Assembly (NCBI RefSeq): GCF_044324785.1
Contig: NZ_CP172127.1
From: Escherichia coli
GTDB lineage: Bacteria > Pseudomonadota > Gammaproteobacteria > Enterobacterales > Enterobacteriaceae
Reading direction: 5' to 3' (one strand)
DNA: 64,000 nucleotides
Numbering within the stretch: position 1 is the stretch's first letter; the number at the start of each line of letters is the position of its first letter. Below, piece by piece: positions 33,219-44,114 of this stretch. The notes below the pieces were generated by a model. It was not told the DNA's origin, searched no databases, and saw only the letters and a program-made list of their open reading frames with translations. The translations under genes and the position numbers were made by a program.

Positions 33219-34036
33219 AGCAACCTCCGTGAAAATGAATAATAATCCGCACATATTGCATGTACAACATGTCGGGCGGATGAGATAAGCGAGTCGACAT
33301 CTGGCGTTACCGGGGAATATCAAAAAATGTCATGGTTATGTGATGATTTAGTCTGGGATTTTACTTCAGAGAAACGGGTGTCTGTTTAGTCAACAAAATA
33401 ATCACAAACGCAACGGATGGGTTCTCGACGTTATTCACGACAGGCTCGTACATTACAGCGAGTAATAAAAACCTGATATGCAAAGTCAAACCAATATTCA
33501 TAATGTCTTTTTATTCACAACAATAAATAATTCAATAACAATCATTGAAATGAATGATGGTTTGTATAAGGAATATACGCTGCCGCCCCACCCTGATAAC
33601 ATGATCTGCACATTGCCATCTTAACGTCGTTAAACACTGGCTTAATAGTGGATATTTAAAATTAGGAATTTATTAAATTCACCTGATGAATATCATAAGC
33701 AAATAGCATAGAAAATAATGACAACTCCCCCGAGGGGACCATTTCCAAAGCACTGCACCACCACCTGGTGCCCGGATGATCTTGCTTCAGTGGTAAGAGT
33801 ACCTGATTCATTGTTCCCAAAATGGTGTTTTCCCCTGCCCCTCCAATAATGTGCAGCTCTCACGTGATAATCTATTGATTAGGTTATATTAAGAATCAAT
33901 ATTTGAAATACATCCATTTTCTTGAATAAATCAACATGTTTATTTATCAATTGCTGTTTTAGCTCTGACTCATCAAGCTCTCCATATTTGTCCTACAGAT
34001 AATCGCGAATAAATACAGAGAACGCCATTTATCCTT

Positions 34037-34249
34037 TTAGCATACCTGCCGGATATTTTTATTTGTATTAATATTAATTGCATCTCCAACTCCGAGCATA
34101 TCCATCATTAAAAACATTTTGAGATTATAGAATGCCTGTAATAACAACTGAAACATCAGCACAATGTGAATAGTTAGTTTCTTTTCAGAGGAAATGAAAT
34201 AGACAAGCTGAATGAAAGGGAGAGTGATATAAATTAAAAAACATAACAT
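34037..34249 (-). CDS. yncH: small 70-aa ORF at the position of yncH (DUF5445); could also be noncoding
   Basis: Size and position downstream of yncG match K-12 yncH; sequence is hydrophobic and AT-rich, so coding status is uncertain. Confidence 0.35.
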   Translation of the reverse strand: MLCFLIYITLPFIQLVYFISSEKKLTIHIVLMFQLLLQAFYNLKMFLMMDMLGVGDAININTNKNIRQVC

Positions 34250-34324
34250 GAATCTAATTAATTACGTTCATCATTGTGGATAAAGTTACTGAATAATAAA
34301 TAACATAATCTTCTGGTATCCCAC

Positions 34325-34942
34325 TCAAATAATTCCATTCCTTTTTAATACTTCTTGTAATTTCGGTAACTGACATACAGCATCAGCAATCGCACTGATA
34401 TTCGTGGCATTATCCTGAAACCATTCATGCCCAGGCCCCCATGTGCGCATAGTGCAAAGATAACAGTCCACCAGCGTTAGTTGCTCACCAAACGCATAAG
34501 GTTCAGCGGTCAATTGTGAATTCAGCCATATATAAAGTGATTTGCGATATTCAATAACATTCTTCTTTAACTGTTCAGGTGCGTCAGGAGCCCAACGCTC
34601 AGGGTAATCGGCGAAAGTGAATGTTGGATAGACATTAGCAACCAGCCAGACCAATAGCCGTTGAAACTGCTGACGTTCGGCGCGCCCAACCGGTGGCGCA
34701 AGGTCCGGGCGACGATCGAGAACCATCAATGCAATCGCCGCTGTCTCCGTCATAATCTCGTCATTTTCCAATGCCAGTGTCGGAACCTGACACAACGGGT
34801 TCAGGGTTTTCAATAACTCGCGTGAAGCTCCCTCGTGGTCAAAACCACTGACATCAACGAACTGATAAGGAATATCAGCCAGTGTTAGCATGAGCTCACT
34901 GATTGTAGAGCCCCATTCGGGTACGCCATACACCTTAATCAT
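34325..34942 (-). CDS. yncG: glutathione S-transferase homolog, 205 aa
   Basis: MIKVYGVPEWGSTISELMLTLADIPYQFVDV... Confidence 0.88.
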   Translation of the reverse strand: MIKVYGVPEWGSTISELMLTLADIPYQFVDVSGFDHEGASRELLKTLNPLCQVPTLALENDEIMTETAAIALMVLDRRPDLAPPVGRAERQQFQRLLVWLVANVYPTFTFADYPERWAPDAPEQLKKNVIEYRKSLYIWLNSQLTAEPYAFGEQLTLVDCYLCTMRTWGPGHEWFQDNATNISAIADAVCQLPKLQEVLKRNGII

Positions 34943-35208
34943 ATGCCCCTCACAATCTTTTAAAGATTAAGTGTAGGACAGTACACAGGTTAACCAGCAA
35001 AAGGATTTGTCATTTTTTCGTCAGTTGTATTAATCCCCTTCAGGATTGTAAGGGGATGTTTTGCATCGTTTATCGATAACGGGTAGGATGCTGCGCCGAT
35101 AGTTTTATACCCATAAAGAATAATGGTGATAACTATCATCGCCAGGATGAATAAACATTGTTCATGGCAACTTATATGACTTTTTCATTAAAGCAATCAG
35201 GGAGAGCA

Positions 35209-36708
35209 ATGAGTAAACACGACACCGACACTTCAGATCAACACGCCGCGAAACGCCGCTGGCTTAATGCCCACGAAGAGGGGTATCACAAAGCGATGGG
35301 CAATCGCCAGGTACAGATGATCGCCATTGGCGGCGCGATTGGTACGGGTTTGTTTTTAGGCGCGGGAGCCCGACTGCAAATGGCGGGGCCAGCACTGGCA
35401 CTGGTCTATTTGATCTGCGGCCTGTTTTCATTTTTTATTCTGCGTGCATTGGGTGAGCTGGTGTTACACCGCCCTTCCAGTGGCAGTTTTGTCTCTTATG
35501 CCCGTGAGTTTTTAGGAGAGAAAGCCGCTTACGTTGCAGGCTGGATGTACTTCATCAACTGGGCGATGACGGGGATTGTCGATATTACCGCCGTCGCTCT
35601 GTATATGCATTACTGGGGTGCGTTTGGCGGCGTGCCGCAGTGGGTCTTTGCGCTCGCTGCGCTGACCATCGTTGGCACCATGAATATGATCGGTGTGAAA
35701 TGGTTTGCTGAGATGGAGTTCTGGTTTGCGCTTATTAAAGTGCTCGCCATTGTGACCTTTTTGGTCGTGGGTACAGTGTTCCTCGGTAGTGGTCAGCCGC
35801 TGGATGGCAACACCACTGGCTTTCATTTAATTACCGATAACGGCGGCTTCTTCCCCCACGGTTTGCTGCCTGCGCTGGTGTTGATTCAGGGCGTAGTGTT
35901 TGCTTTTGCCTCCATTGAAATGGTGGGTACAGCTGCCGGAGAATGTAAAGATCCGCAGACCATGGTGCCTAAAGCGATTAACAGTGTGATTTGGCGTATT
36001 GGCCTGTTTTACGTCGGCTCCGTGGTGTTGCTGGTTATGTTATTGCCGTGGAGCGCGTATCAGGCGGGGCAAAGTCCGTTCGTGACGTTTTTCTCTAAAC
36101 TGGGTGTGCCATATATCGGCAGCATTATGAACATTGTGGTGCTGACCGCTGCCCTCTCCAGCCTGAACTCAGGTCTGTACTGCACCGGACGTATTCTGCG
36201 CTCGATGGCGATGGGCGGTTCCGCACCGAGTTTTATGGCGAAAATGAGTCGTCAGCATGTGCCGTATGCCGGAATTCTGGCGACACTGGTTGTGTATGTC
36301 GTCGGCGTATTCCTCAACTATCTGGTGCCGTCGCGCGTATTTGAGATTGTGTTGAACTTCGCGTCGCTGGGAATCATCGCTTCATGGGCGTTTATCATCG
36401 TGTGCCAGATGCGCCTGCGTAAAGCGATTAAAGAAGGCAAAGCAGCGGATGTCAGTTTTAAACTGCCTGGCGCGCCCTTCACTTCCTGGCTGACATTACT
36501 GTTTTTGCTGAGCGTCCTGGTGCTGATGGCGTTCGATTACCCGAACGGGACTTATACCATCGCGGCGCTGCCGATTATCGGTATTCTGCTGGTTATAGGC
36601 TGGTTTGGTGTGCGCAAACGCGTTGCTGAAATTCACAGCACTGCGCCAGTCGTCGAGGAAGATGAAGAAAAACAGGAAATTATGTTTAAACCTGAAACGG
36701 CGAGTTAA
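35209..36708 (+). CDS. ansP: L-asparagine permease (APC family), 499 aa
   Basis: MSKHDTDTSDQHAAKRRWLNAHEEGYHKAMGNRQVQMIAIGGAIGTGLF... with GGAGAG RBS. Confidence 0.9.
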   Translation: MSKHDTDTSDQHAAKRRWLNAHEEGYHKAMGNRQVQMIAIGGAIGTGLFLGAGARLQMAGPALALVYLICGLFSFFILRALGELVLHRPSSGSFVSYAREFLGEKAAYVAGWMYFINWAMTGIVDITAVALYMHYWGAFGGVPQWVFALAALTIVGTMNMIGVKWFAEMEFWFALIKVLAIVTFLVVGTVFLGSGQPLDGNTTGFHLITDNGGFFPHGLLPALVLIQGVVFAFASIEMVGTAAGECKDPQTMVPKAINSVIWRIGLFYVGSVVLLVMLLPWSAYQAGQSPFVTFFSKLGVPYIGSIMNIVVLTAALSSLNSGLYCTGRILRSMAMGGSAPSFMAKMSRQHVPYAGILATLVVYVVGVFLNYLVPSRVFEIVLNFASLGIIASWAFIIVCQMRLRKAIKEGKAADVSFKLPGAPFTSWLTLLFLLSVLVLMAFDYPNGTYTIAALPIIGILLVIGWFGVRKRVAEIHSTAPVVEEDEEKQEIMFKPETAS

Positions 36709-36820
36709 TTGCAAAATTGCCCGGCTACGTGCCGGGCAAATTCAAATTACTGACGAAGGTGCCGGATACGGCGTGATAAAAGTCAGGCAAGTCTCTCCGT
36801 TTTCACCCTCGCCATATCTA

Positions 36821-37882
36821 TTACAGCGCAATACGAATCACATCATCCGGCTGGGTTGCTTCCTGCTGTTTAGTGGATTTTTGTTTCACACTGACATACA
36901 GCGTTTTACCATCGGCAGACAGCGCCAGGCTGTTCGGATGAGTCGGCGTATCGAACGTTTTCACCACTTTATAGCTTTTCGCGTCAATCACACTGACTTT
37001 ACCTGCCTGACGATGCGTTACGTAGGCTTCATTACGCGCGGGGTTAAACAGCACAGCCAGTGATTCCGGTGCCGCAACCTTCGCCAGAATATTGCCATTA
37101 CGGGTATCGACCACTAACACTTCTGCCGCTTTAGAATCGGTGATAAATGCACGCTGCCTGGCGGTATCAAGGCTGATGTTGATAAAGAAGTGCTCTTTGC
37201 CGTCATCCAGCAGCTTTTTACGGCTGAGGATTTTATTGTCGGCGGTGTCGATGGTAATCAATTCACCGTCAGCGTTAGTGGTGTAAAGACGTTTGCCTTT
37301 GCTATCCAGCGCTAAACCGGTACTCATTTTACCGGTGTTCTGGATGGCGGTTTTCAGTTTGATATTCTCGCCATCAACGACCCAAATCACGCTCTCTTTA
37401 CCAATACCACTGATGTAAACGGTGTTCGTGGCATCGTCTGCCACCAGCTCACGCGGTTGCAGCGGGCGCACCTCTTCAGTGCGCTTACGATCATCCAGCA
37501 CCAGACGGCCTTTCACTTCGCCCGTTTTGGCATCTATCGCCGTGACCGCGCTGTTTACTGTGTTACCAAACCACAACGTCTGAGTCGTGTTATTGATGGT
37601 GGCACCAAACGGCTTGAGATCGTTATGGATCGCCTGCGTCACTTCCAGAGTGACCGGATCAAGACGATAAACCACGCCGCCTTTATCCAGTTTGCGGCTT
37701 TGCGAAGTGGCGAGCCACAGCGCGTTTTCTTGCTGGCTATAAGCCATTTCGTAGGCACCTTTACCTACCGCTTTACGCAGCATTTCTTCTGCGGCCTGCG
37801 TACTGAATGATGAAGCAACAAGCAATGAACCTAACAGTAATGAACCACGCAGGCGCGATGAAAACAGATGACGTAAATGCAT
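36821..37882 (-). CDS. yncE: PQQ-like beta-propeller protein, exported, 353 aa
   Basis: MHLRHLFSSRLRGSLLLGSLLVASSFSTQA signal peptide; 353 aa. Confidence 0.88.
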   Translation of the reverse strand: MHLRHLFSSRLRGSLLLGSLLVASSFSTQAAEEMLRKAVGKGAYEMAYSQQENALWLATSQSRKLDKGGVVYRLDPVTLEVTQAIHNDLKPFGATINNTTQTLWFGNTVNSAVTAIDAKTGEVKGRLVLDDRKRTEEVRPLQPRELVADDATNTVYISGIGKESVIWVVDGENIKLKTAIQNTGKMSTGLALDSKGKRLYTTNADGELITIDTADNKILSRKKLLDDGKEHFFINISLDTARQRAFITDSKAAEVLVVDTRNGNILAKVAAPESLAVLFNPARNEAYVTHRQAGKVSVIDAKSYKVVKTFDTPTHPNSLALSADGKTLYVSVKQKSTKQQEATQPDDVIRIAL

Positions 37883-38123
37883 GACGACTCCCTTTGATGA
37901 ACCGATATTTTTGCTGCTTCACAATGCTTCGCTAAGCGTAATCATCGTTACGCCCTTGTTATAAATGGGAATGGTAATCATTATTTTCTCAAATGTGGAG
38001 CATTTCTTGCCGTTACGACTACAATTTTCTCAATTACTTAACGTATCGTGCCGTTTCGTTTTCCATAAATTTACAATTTTATTACCATGACGGCGTTTTC
38101 CCATTCTTAACCTGGCTTTTTTC

Positions 38124-40226
38124 ATGAAGATTTTTTCCGTCCGACAGACCGTTTTGCCCGCACTGCTTGTCCTTTCCCCCGTTGTTTTTGCCGCTGATGA
38201 ACAGACCATGATTGTCAGTGCCGCGCCGCAGGTGATTTCAGAACTGGATACCCCAGCAGCCGTGAGCGTGGTGGATGGCGAGGAGATGCGCCTGGCAACA
38301 CCGCGCATTAACTTGTCTGAATCACTGACTGGCGTGCCTGGTTTGCAGGTACAAAACCGGCAGAACTATGCGCAAGATTTACAGCTGTCGATTCGCGGAT
38401 TTGGCTCCCGCTCCACTTACGGAATTCGCGGTATTCGCCTGTATGTGGACGGTATTCCCGCCACCATGCCCGACGGACAAGGGCAAACATCCAACATCGA
38501 TTTAAGCAGTGTGCAAAATGTGGAAGTGCTGCGTGGCCCCTTCTCTGCCCTGTATGGCAACGCGTCTGGCGGTGTAATGAATGTCACCACCCAGACCGGA
38601 CAACAGCCACCAACCATTGAAGCCAGTAGTTACTACGGCAGTTTTGGCAGCTGGCGCTATGGCCTGAAAGCAACGGGCGCAACGGGAGACGGCACACAGC
38701 CTGGCGATGTCGATTACACCGTCTCAACCACGCGTTTTACGACCCACGGCTATCGTGACCATAGTGGCGCACAGAAAAATTTAGCTAATGCCAAACTGGG
38801 TGTACGCATTGATGACGCCAGCAAATTAAGCCTGATTTTCAATAGTGTGGATATCAAAGCAGATGACCCTGGTGGGCTAACCAAAGCAGAATGGAAGGTG
38901 AATCCACAACAAGCGCCTCGTGCAAAACAGTACGACACGCGAAAAACCATCAAGCAAACTCAGGCTGGGTTGCGCTATGAACGTAGCCTGAGCGCTCAAG
39001 ATGATATGAGTGTGATGATGTATGCCGGAGAGCGAGAAACGACCCAGTACCAGTCAATCCCGATGGCCCCCCAACTTAACCCGTCGCATGCGGGCGGCGT
39101 GATTACTCTGCAACGCCATTATCAGGGGGTAGACAGTCGCTGGACACACCGTGGCGAGCTGAGCGTTCCGGTCACGTTCACTACCGGCCTGAACTACGAA
39201 AACATGAGTGAAAACCGCAAGGGCTACAATAACTTTCGCCTGAATAGCGGCGTGCCGGAATACGGGCAAAAAGGTGAGTTGCGTCGCGACGAACGCAATC
39301 TGATGTGGAACGTCGATCCCTATTTACAGACGCAGTGGCAGCTGAGCGAAAAACTGTCGCTGGATGCTGGCGTGCGCTACAGCTCCGTGTGGTTTGATTC
39401 CAACGACCATTACGTTACTCCGGGTAACGGCGATGACAGCGGTGATGCCAGTTATCACAAATGGCTACCTGCCGGATCGTTAAAATATGCAATGACCGAT
39501 GCCTGGAATATCTATCTGGCAGCCGGGCGCGGTTTTGAAACGCCGACGATTAATGAACTGTCTTATCGTGCTGACGGTCAAAGCGGTATGAACTTTGGTT
39601 TAAAACCATCCACCAACGATACCATTGAAATCGGCAGTAAAACGCGTATTGGTGATGGGCTGCTTAGTCTCGCATTGTTCCAGACCGACACTGATGATGA
39701 AATTGTTGTCGATAGCAGTAGCGGTGGGCGTACCACATATAAAAATGCCGGAAAGACCCGTCGTCAAGGCGCTGAACTGGCATGGGATCAACGTTTCGCG
39801 GGAGATTTTCGCGTAAAAGCGTCCTGGACCTGGCTTGATGCGACCTATCGCAGCAATGTTTGCAATGAACAGGATTGTAACGGTAACCGGATGCCAGGGA
39901 TTGCCCGTAATATGGGCTTTGCGTCGATAGGTTATGTACCGGAAGATGGCTGGTATGCAGGTACAGAAGCGCGTTACATGGGCGATATTATGGCAGATGA
40001 TGAAAATACGGCCAAAGCGCCGTCTTATACTCTCGTCGGCTTATTCACCGGGTATAAATACAATTACCACAATTTAACTGTGGATTTATTTGGTCGTGTC
40101 GATAATTTATTCGATAAAGGATACGTTGGTTCTGTCATTGTCAATGAGTCAAACGGGCGATATTACGAACCTGCGCCCGGGCGAAATTATGGTGTCGGCA
40201 TGAATATTGCGTGGCGATTTGAGTAA
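38124..40226 (+). CDS. yncD: TonB-dependent outer-membrane receptor, 700 aa
   Basis: Signal peptide, TonB box region, C-terminal ...NIAWRFE beta-barrel terminus. Confidence 0.88.
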   Translation: MKIFSVRQTVLPALLVLSPVVFAADEQTMIVSAAPQVISELDTPAAVSVVDGEEMRLATPRINLSESLTGVPGLQVQNRQNYAQDLQLSIRGFGSRSTYGIRGIRLYVDGIPATMPDGQGQTSNIDLSSVQNVEVLRGPFSALYGNASGGVMNVTTQTGQQPPTIEASSYYGSFGSWRYGLKATGATGDGTQPGDVDYTVSTTRFTTHGYRDHSGAQKNLANAKLGVRIDDASKLSLIFNSVDIKADDPGGLTKAEWKVNPQQAPRAKQYDTRKTIKQTQAGLRYERSLSAQDDMSVMMYAGERETTQYQSIPMAPQLNPSHAGGVITLQRHYQGVDSRWTHRGELSVPVTFTTGLNYENMSENRKGYNNFRLNSGVPEYGQKGELRRDERNLMWNVDPYLQTQWQLSEKLSLDAGVRYSSVWFDSNDHYVTPGNGDDSGDASYHKWLPAGSLKYAMTDAWNIYLAAGRGFETPTINELSYRADGQSGMNFGLKPSTNDTIEIGSKTRIGDGLLSLALFQTDTDDEIVVDSSSGGRTTYKNAGKTRRQGAELAWDQRFAGDFRVKASWTWLDATYRSNVCNEQDCNGNRMPGIARNMGFASIGYVPEDGWYAGTEARYMGDIMADDENTAKAPSYTLVGLFTGYKYNYHNLTVDLFGRVDNLFDKGYVGSVIVNESNGRYYEPAPGRNYGVGMNIAWRFE

Positions 40227-40261
40227 TTACCTTGATGCCCGGTATTTGCCGGGCATTTACT

Positions 40262-40927
40262 TTAACGATTGTATTGCTGATATAAAATAGCAATATTCTG
40301 TTGCATAATTTCAGCAAGACAATGTCTGCATCCCTCTTTGTCTTTTGCTTTTAACGCGGCGAGTAATAGATGATAGTTTTCTATACGCTCCCGTAATTCT
40401 GCTGGATTAATCGTTTCATAGAGATAATGTAAACCAGGTCCCATCCTGACCCACAGTTGCTCAATCATCTCACACAGGATGGGCATATTTGAACGATGAT
40501 AAATCGCTAAGCGAAATAGCCTGTTCGCATTAATGATTTGTTCCATGTCGCCCTTTTCTTGCGCCTGCTGTAATTTCTCGAGTAAATCATGGAATTCCGC
40601 CAGGTCTTGCTGGGTGAGGTTTTCAACAGCCAGAGCAACTGCCATTAATTCCAGTTCGTAGCGGATCCGATTGATTTCGTCTAATTGACGTTTCCCCACT
40701 TCCGGAACTGTAAATGCTTGCGCAGGTGCGACAGAGAGCGCATTCACCGAAACCAGACGTAATAATGCTTCACGCACGGGTGTAATACTTATACCTAATT
40801 GCTCCGCCAGATTTTTAGTAATCAGGCGTGCGCCAGGTTTTAGTGCTCCAATACTAAGCTGATGTTTCAGGTCGTTCTCAACCTTCATAGTTAAACTGAT
40901 ATGCGGTATTTTTTCCGTTCCAGGCAT
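40262..40927 (-). CDS. mcbR: GntR-family transcriptional regulator, 221 aa
   Basis: HTH ...LAEQLGISITPVREALLRL...; 221 aa. Confidence 0.85.
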   Translation of the reverse strand: MPGTEKIPHISLTMKVENDLKHQLSIGALKPGARLITKNLAEQLGISITPVREALLRLVSVNALSVAPAQAFTVPEVGKRQLDEINRIRYELELMAVALAVENLTQQDLAEFHDLLEKLQQAQEKGDMEQIINANRLFRLAIYHRSNMPILCEMIEQLWVRMGPGLHYLYETINPAELRERIENYHLLLAALKAKDKEGCRHCLAEIMQQNIAILYQQYNR

Positions 40928-41125
40928 GTTATTTCCTTCAGGTGTTTTCGTTCCAACTCTGCCAGCACAGCAGAAGTCGTTTACCTGGCGTATGAAGCTG
41001 AATAATCATTATCCACTCACCTTTATTGTTATTAGCTACAGAACAGAGAAGTGGTAAGTTAATTAAAGCTGGAAATAAGATTTTTGCCTGGATTTTTATG
41101 GCGGCTTTACGCCGCCGTCGTATCT

Positions 41126-42163
41126 TTAATCATCACCCGCCACGCGGATCACCACTTTGCCGAAGTTTTTACCCTTCAGCAGGCCGATAAATGTCTGTGG
41201 CGCATTCTCTAAACCGTCAGTAATTTCTTCGCGGTAGTGGATTTTATCCTCTTTCACCCATTGCCCCATCTCCTTCTGAAACTCATGGATGCGGTGACCA
41301 TAATCCTGAGCGATAATAAATCCTTGCAAGCGAATACGTTTTTTCAGCACCGTAGCCATCAACAGAGGTAATCGATCCGGGCCGGGTGGTAGCTCTGTAG
41401 CGTTATAGCTGCTCACTAAGCCGCAGACGGGAATGCGCGCAGATGTATTAAGTAACGGTAGCACCGCATCGAATACCTTACCGCCCACGTTTTCATAATA
41501 GATATCAACGCCTTTTGGGCACGCTTTCGCCAGTTGTTCGGCAAAATCATCCGCGTGGTGATCAAGGCATACATCGAAGCCTAACACCTCGGTAGCATGG
41601 CGGCATTTTTCCGCGCCACCGGCTATCCCCACCACCCTGCAACCTTTAAGTTTGCCGATTTGACCCACCGTCGCCCCCACTGGTCCTGTCGCCGCAGCTA
41701 CCACCAGCGTTTCGCCCTCTTTGGGCTGACCGATATCCAGCAGCCCCATATAAGCGGTAAAGCCTGGCATCCCCAGCACACCCAGCGACCACGATGGATT
41801 TTGCGGATGATCGCCAAGTTTCACCAGATCATCACCACTGGATATGTCATAGTCCTGCCATCCACTGTAGCCCAGCACCCAGTCGCCAGGCTGATAATCA
41901 GGATGATTCGACTCCACGACACGGCTCACCGTGCCGCCGACCATCACGCCGCCAATATCAACCGGCGGTGAATAAGATGGCTCATCGCTCATACGTCCAC
42001 GCATATACGGGTCCAGTGACAAATAAACTGTGCGCAGTAACACCTGTCCTTCACCCGGTGTGGCAACATCATCTTCTTCAAGACGGAAATTTTCCTGAAC
42101 CGGCGCGCCATGCGGACGCGAGGCCAGAACCCAACGTCGATTACGCTGCTTTTGTTGCCCCAT
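41126..42163 (-). CDS. curA: NADPH-dependent curcumin/dihydrocurcumin reductase (MDR family), 345 aa
   Basis: MGQQKQRNRRWVLASRPHGAP...; Rossmann AATGPVGATVGQ. Confidence 0.88.
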   Translation of the reverse strand: MGQQKQRNRRWVLASRPHGAPVQENFRLEEDDVATPGEGQVLLRTVYLSLDPYMRGRMSDEPSYSPPVDIGGVMVGGTVSRVVESNHPDYQPGDWVLGYSGWQDYDISSGDDLVKLGDHPQNPSWSLGVLGMPGFTAYMGLLDIGQPKEGETLVVAAATGPVGATVGQIGKLKGCRVVGIAGGAEKCRHATEVLGFDVCLDHHADDFAEQLAKACPKGVDIYYENVGGKVFDAVLPLLNTSARIPVCGLVSSYNATELPPGPDRLPLLMATVLKKRIRLQGFIIAQDYGHRIHEFQKEMGQWVKEDKIHYREEITDGLENAPQTFIGLLKGKNFGKVVIRVAGDD

Positions 42164-42343
42164 AATGCTCTCCTGTGCTTTTGGCATGAATCCATCAATA
42201 GTAGCAGGCTCACGGGATTGGTTTTGTTTGCAGCCGTCACACCCCCTCTGCAACACGCGATAATTTCATCGGGGAATCCGTTGCTTCGGGCTGTTTTCGA
42301 TAGTATTGATAACATCATCATCATTATTTTATCGAGGCCAGAC

Positions 42344-42862
42344 ATGTCCATCCGTTTTGCCCGCAAAGCCGACTGTGCTGCCATTGCGGAAATTTATAAC
42401 CACGCTGTGTTGTATACGGCGGCTATCTGGAATGACCAAACGGTGGATGCAGATAACCGCATTGCCTGGTTCGAAGCGCGGACTTTAGCAGGTTATCCAG
42501 TGCTGGTGAGCGAGGAAAACGGCGTAGTGACGGGATATGCCTCGTTTGGCGACTGGCGTAGTTTCGATGGTTTTCGCCATACCGTGGAACATTCGGTTTA
42601 TGTCCATCCCGATCATCAGGGCAAAGGTCTGGGGCGTAAATTGTTAAGCCGATTGATTGATGAAGCGCGGGATTGCGGGAAGCATGTCATGGTCGCGGGG
42701 ATCGAATCACAAAATCAGGCTTCGCTGCATCTGCACCAGTCGCTGGGATTTGTCGTCACCGCACAAATGCCGCAGGTGGGCACTAAATTTGGGCGCTGGC
42801 TGGATCTGACATTTATGCAGTTGCAACTCGACGAGCGCACTGAACCGGACGCGATTGGATGA
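42344..42862 (+). CDS. mnaT: GNAT acetyltransferase (methionine sulfoximine/sulfone N-acetyltransferase), 172 aa
   Basis: MSIRFARKADCAAIAEIYNHAV...HQGKGLGRKLL. Confidence 0.88.
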   Translation: MSIRFARKADCAAIAEIYNHAVLYTAAIWNDQTVDADNRIAWFEARTLAGYPVLVSEENGVVTGYASFGDWRSFDGFRHTVEHSVYVHPDHQGKGLGRKLLSRLIDEARDCGKHVMVAGIESQNQASLHLHQSLGFVVTAQMPQVGTKFGRWLDLTFMQLQLDERTEPDAIG

Positions 42863-43308
42863 ATCAGTCGCTTACCCTTGCTTTTTTGATTGCCGCCGGA
42901 ATTGGTCTGGTGGTGCAAAACACGCTGATGGTGCGCATCACCCAGACCTCCTCTACCATTCTCATCGCCATGCTGCTGAACTCACTGGTGGGGATTGTGC
43001 TCTTTGTATCTATTTTATGGTTTAAACAAGGCATGGCGGGGTTTGGCGAACTGGTGTCCAGCGTGCGCTGGTGGACACTTATACCTGGCTTGCTGGGATC
43101 GTTTTTTGTCTTCGCCAGTATCAGCGGATATCAGAATGTGGGGGCGGCTACGACTATTGCGGTACTGGTCGCCAGTCAGTTGATTGGCGGTCTGGTGCTG
43201 GATATCTTTCGCAGTCATGGCGTACCACTACGGGCGTTGATCGGCCCAATTTGTGGCGCAATTTTACTTGTGGTTGGTGCCTGGCTGGTGGCCAGGCGCA
43301 CATTTTAA
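42859..43308 (+). CDS. ydcZ: DUF606 inner membrane protein, 149 aa
   Basis: 149-aa membrane ORF overlapping mnaT stop. Confidence 0.85.
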   Translation: MNQSLTLAFLIAAGIGLVVQNTLMVRITQTSSTILIAMLLNSLVGIVLFVSILWFKQGMAGFGELVSSVRWWTLIPGLLGSFFVFASISGYQNVGAATTIAVLVASQLIGGLVLDIFRSHGVPLRALIGPICGAILLVVGAWLVARRTF

Positions 43309-43542
43309 TCAGAGGATGGTGCCACCTTTGGTTAACTGTTCGTGGCGCGCTTCCATATCTTCTTTATGCTTGCGACCGTGATGAGCAATAGCGGTGCGCA
43401 AACGCTGCTGCTGGGTGTAGCGATCTTCCCGACTTAACTCCGCGTCATCGCTCAGGGCGATTAATAATTCGTTCATATGGGCAATGACGCTCTCTTCAAT
43501 CGCGGCATCCACGCGCGCGATGACTTCATCCAGATGCGACAT
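43309..43542 (-). CDS. ydcY: DUF2526 protein, 77 aa
   Basis: MSHLDEVIARVDAAIEESVIAHMNELLIALSDDAELSRE... Confidence 0.8.
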   Translation of the reverse strand: MSHLDEVIARVDAAIEESVIAHMNELLIALSDDAELSREDRYTQQQRLRTAIAHHGRKHKEDMEARHEQLTKGGTIL

Positions 43543-43627
43543 ACTTTCTCCTTAGCCACTTGTGAAATTTATCGATTCATCCAAATGATATAAGTCTGCG
43601 TGGTGCCGTCAAGCCAGTGCGTAAGAT

Positions 43628-43801
43628 TTAAAACAGAGAAAACAACAGCGCCACCGGGAAACTCATCGGCCATGTAGCCCCCACCAGAAAGGCACTTAAG
43701 AAACGGATGCGTTTCTTATCGTGAGAAAGAAACCAGGTGATAAGAAATGCGATTGCTGCCATAACCGCATAAAAAACAAGCATGTGTTGATAGAGAGACA
43801 T
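43628..43801 (-). CDS. ortT: orphan membrane toxin OrtT (YdcX), 57 aa
   Basis: MSLYQHMLVFYAVMAAIAFLITWFLSHDKKRIRFLSAFLVGATWPMSFPVALLFSLF. Confidence 0.8.
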   Translation of the reverse strand: MSLYQHMLVFYAVMAAIAFLITWFLSHDKKRIRFLSAFLVGATWPMSFPVALLFSLF

Positions 43802-43995
43802 GTACGGGCGTCCAGCCAGATGAATAAAACGCGCGCAAATATGCGTCATTTTTTGACGTGCATCAAGTTTTTTAACCGGTTTGAGAAGAAAACATCAAAC
43901 AGCAACTTGCCCTTATCCATCTTCAGAATGAGTATTATTGCGGATTTTCTTAACCCGTACTATACACATAGGGGCAATGATAAAAGGTGGCAAAA

Positions 43996-44091
43996 ATGAA
44001 TGTTTCCAGTAGAACTGTAGTACTGATAAATGTCTTTGCTGCTGTTGGTTTGTTTACTCTTATCTCTATGAGATTTGGCTGGTTTATTTGA
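43996..44091 (+). CDS. yncL: small protein YncL, 31 aa, single transmembrane helix
   Basis: MNVSSRTVVLINVFAAVGLFTLISMRFGWFI; not in ORF track (<60 aa), read directly from DNA. Confidence 0.7.
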   Translation: MNVSSRTVVLINVFAAVGLFTLISMRFGWFI

Positions 44092-44114
44092 TGTAGTGAT
44101 TTTGCACGCAGCAC

